Below are positions 53,364 to 54,902 of a DNA stretch of 54,902 nucleotides, piece by piece. This DNA is from a virus (Duplodnaviria > Caudoviricetes), in the IMG/VR virus record IMGVR_UViG_3300030372_004573, positions 1 through 54,902 of that record, one strand, 5' to 3'. The translations under genes were made by a program, and so were the position numbers. The first letter of the stretch is position 1. Every line of letters begins with the position of its first letter. The notes under the pieces are model-generated. The model was given only the letters and a program-made list of their open reading frames with translations, did no database searches and was not told the DNA's origin.

Positions 53364-54413
53364 GTGCCAGCTAAAACTACAGAACAATTATTCGCTACCC
53401 ATTCTCAATATTTAGACGGTTCGGCCTCAGAGCAAGAAGATTTCCGTAATGCATTGAATGAGGTCATGCCACGTATTTATAAGATGGGGTATTGGCGTGA
53501 AATGCTTGTTGAACATACGCAGGATGCTTCAGATGGTTATGTATCCCTTCCGCAAGATACCGACTCAATAGTAGCTGGAATACTAGACGACAACCCATTA
53601 CCTGTCCGTTCTTTGTGGCACGACTACAAAATGTTAGGGACTAATTCTCAAGATGACACTTTATTGGGGGCTTTTATCGATGATGGTTACGCCCCTACTT
53701 ATAGAGATCTTGTATCAGGGAGTAAGTATAAAATACAATACCATACATTAAAAGGACTTAATTTTGATACAGAACCTAGTGTTGGAAATGTTATAATTAA
53801 ATATAGAAAACATGAAGATGGTACAGGTTCGGGATCGACTGCTTTAATTGGTGATGCAACAAAATTAGAAGGGGCTTCTTATAATGAAGCTACTAAGACA
53901 TTTGCAGGGGCATCTCAATCAACTTCTGTAGATATGATTATACATCAAGATGTCACCGATATTTTATCTATTACTTGGGTTGGCTTTGAAGAAGATCATC
54001 CTATTCAAATAACAGCTAAATATAATGGTGTAGCTGGGGGTTCAACTTCTAGTGACTCCACTAAAGATTTACTTTTAGCCCAAGTAAACTCCGCTAATGG
54101 ATCTTCAAGGTATAGAAGATTTAGAATAGGGGGGACTAATGCCACTTCATCGGCTCACATGCTTTTAAAGCGTAAGTGGGTAGATGTTGATAGTACTACT
54201 GATTTAGTTCACATGCCCTCTAACTCTCTTTTGAAGCATGCCCTTTTAGGAAAGTTAGCAGAGGATAACGCAGATTTAGAAAGAGCTCAGTACCACTGGG
54301 GGACTGTCTCACAACTTTTAGAAGAAGACACTGACTCCTATAGAGGAGCCGCTAAACCAACTTTAAAGATATCCCCCAATGGTGTGGGGGGCAGTGTACT
54401 AGGAATGTATTAA
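53364..54413 (+). CDS. Putative head-tail adaptor / tail tubular protein
   Basis: N-terminal ALNEV..RI...G.W and YVSLP.D motifs, C-terminal helical LKHALL...E...A..W. This is the usual adaptor layout. Confidence 0.55.
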   Translation: MPAKTTEQLFATHSQYLDGSASEQEDFRNALNEVMPRIYKMGYWREMLVEHTQDASDGYVSLPQDTDSIVAGILDDNPLPVRSLWHDYKMLGTNSQDDTLLGAFIDDGYAPTYRDLVSGSKYKIQYHTLKGLNFDTEPSVGNVIIKYRKHEDGTGSGSTALIGDATKLEGASYNEATKTFAGASQSTSVDMIIHQDVTDILSITWVGFEEDHPIQITAKYNGVAGGSTSSDSTKDLLLAQVNSANGSSRYRRFRIGGTNATSSAHMLLKRKWVDVDSTTDLVHMPSNSLLKHALLGKLAEDNADLERAQYHWGTVSQLLEEDTDSYRGAAKPTLKISPNGVGGSVLGMY

Positions 54414-54441
54414 ACAATTTAACAATAAAACAAATTATATT

Positions 54442-54759
54442 ATGGCTGAAAATAGAACATTAAAAGGAATATACGGAGAAGCAGGAGCTGTCTTTGAAAA
54501 TGGAACTACTGAAATAACAGGAGAATTTTGTGCTATAACTATCATAGCGGATGCCCAGTTTCATACACTTATATGGCCCGAACTGACTGACAATGGTCAA
54601 GATGGGGGTGTTGTGCATGCTGATAGAAAGTTGGCTGAAGATACAGATTCTGGAGCTACAGATCCACAAACAGTTCCTGCGGGAGTTACTCTTTATGGGC
54701 AGATATCTAAATTCAAATTATTTAGTGGGGCTGTTATAGCATATAATGCTTCTAAGTAA
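54442..54759 (+). CDS. Small virion-associated protein
   Basis: G.F.AI..I.DA.F...PAGVTLYG.....L.SG.VIAY pattern. Confidence 0.65.
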   Translation: MAENRTLKGIYGEAGAVFENGTTEITGEFCAITIIADAQFHTLIWPELTDNGQDGGVVHADRKLAEDTDSGATDPQTVPAGVTLYGQISKFKLFSGAVIAYNASK

Positions 54760-54761
54760 TC

Positions 54762-54902
54762 ATGGCCGAAATATCACCCATAGAATTAAAGAGGGGTAAA
54801 TCAGTTAATGTATCTTTAGCGTTTTCCCCAAGTAGTGCAACGCCTGTTGCAAATGGGTCTGCTTCAGCAGGAGCAGATACTGTAACGATTGATGCTTTGG
54901 AT
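54762..54902 (+). CDS. 3'-truncated putative tail protein
   Basis: ATG 2 nt after the previous stop. MAEISPIELKRGKSVNVSLAF... stays open to the window end. Confidence 0.55.
   Translation, partial: MAEISPIELKRGKSVNVSLAFSPSSATPVANGSASAGADTVTIDALD

Noticed and set aside
1-54902. tRNA genes, integrase, introns/inteins, reverse transcriptase/DGR, alternative genetic code
   Set aside because: None recognised by eye. ORFs tile the window densely under the standard code, and PolA, TerL and the helicase appear uninterrupted. tRNAscan and Rfam were not run.

Overview
This window holds most of the genome of an AT-rich tailed dsDNA bacteriophage. It is probably podovirus-like, since no tape-measure, sheath, integrase or RNA polymerase gene is recognisable. 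Layout: lysis cassette (1-1152, +); replication module (1976-11182, -) with primase-helicase, Leu762-type PolA, SSB-like protein, Cas4/DUF2800-like nuclease, SNF2-like helicase, RuvC-like resolvase and a probable small terminase; TerL (11227-12984, +); two putative internal virion proteins followed by a 6299-aa polyvalent protein (15332-34231); an early/accessory block (34382-40022, -); a divergent control region; and head and tail genes (40784-end, +). Highlights: (i) the giant protein strings together metallopeptidase, HhH-glycosylase-like, methyltransferase, 2H-phosphoesterase, ParB/Srx and GHKL-ATPase domains, separated by a recurring Q-x-T-x-[IV] linker that suggests a processed, virion-delivered polyprotein; (ii) an F-x-x-A-[IV]-E-x-A-L motif shared by the scaffold termini and a small neighbouring protein, a possible capsid cargo tag; (iii) unusual non-coding structure, including a duplicated palindromic element, late promoters with palindromic spacers, a tandem structured RNA and a parS-like site upstream of the capsid gene; (iv) a tail fibre with 16 HxH motifs. 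All calls come from reading motifs by eye; no database searches were run.
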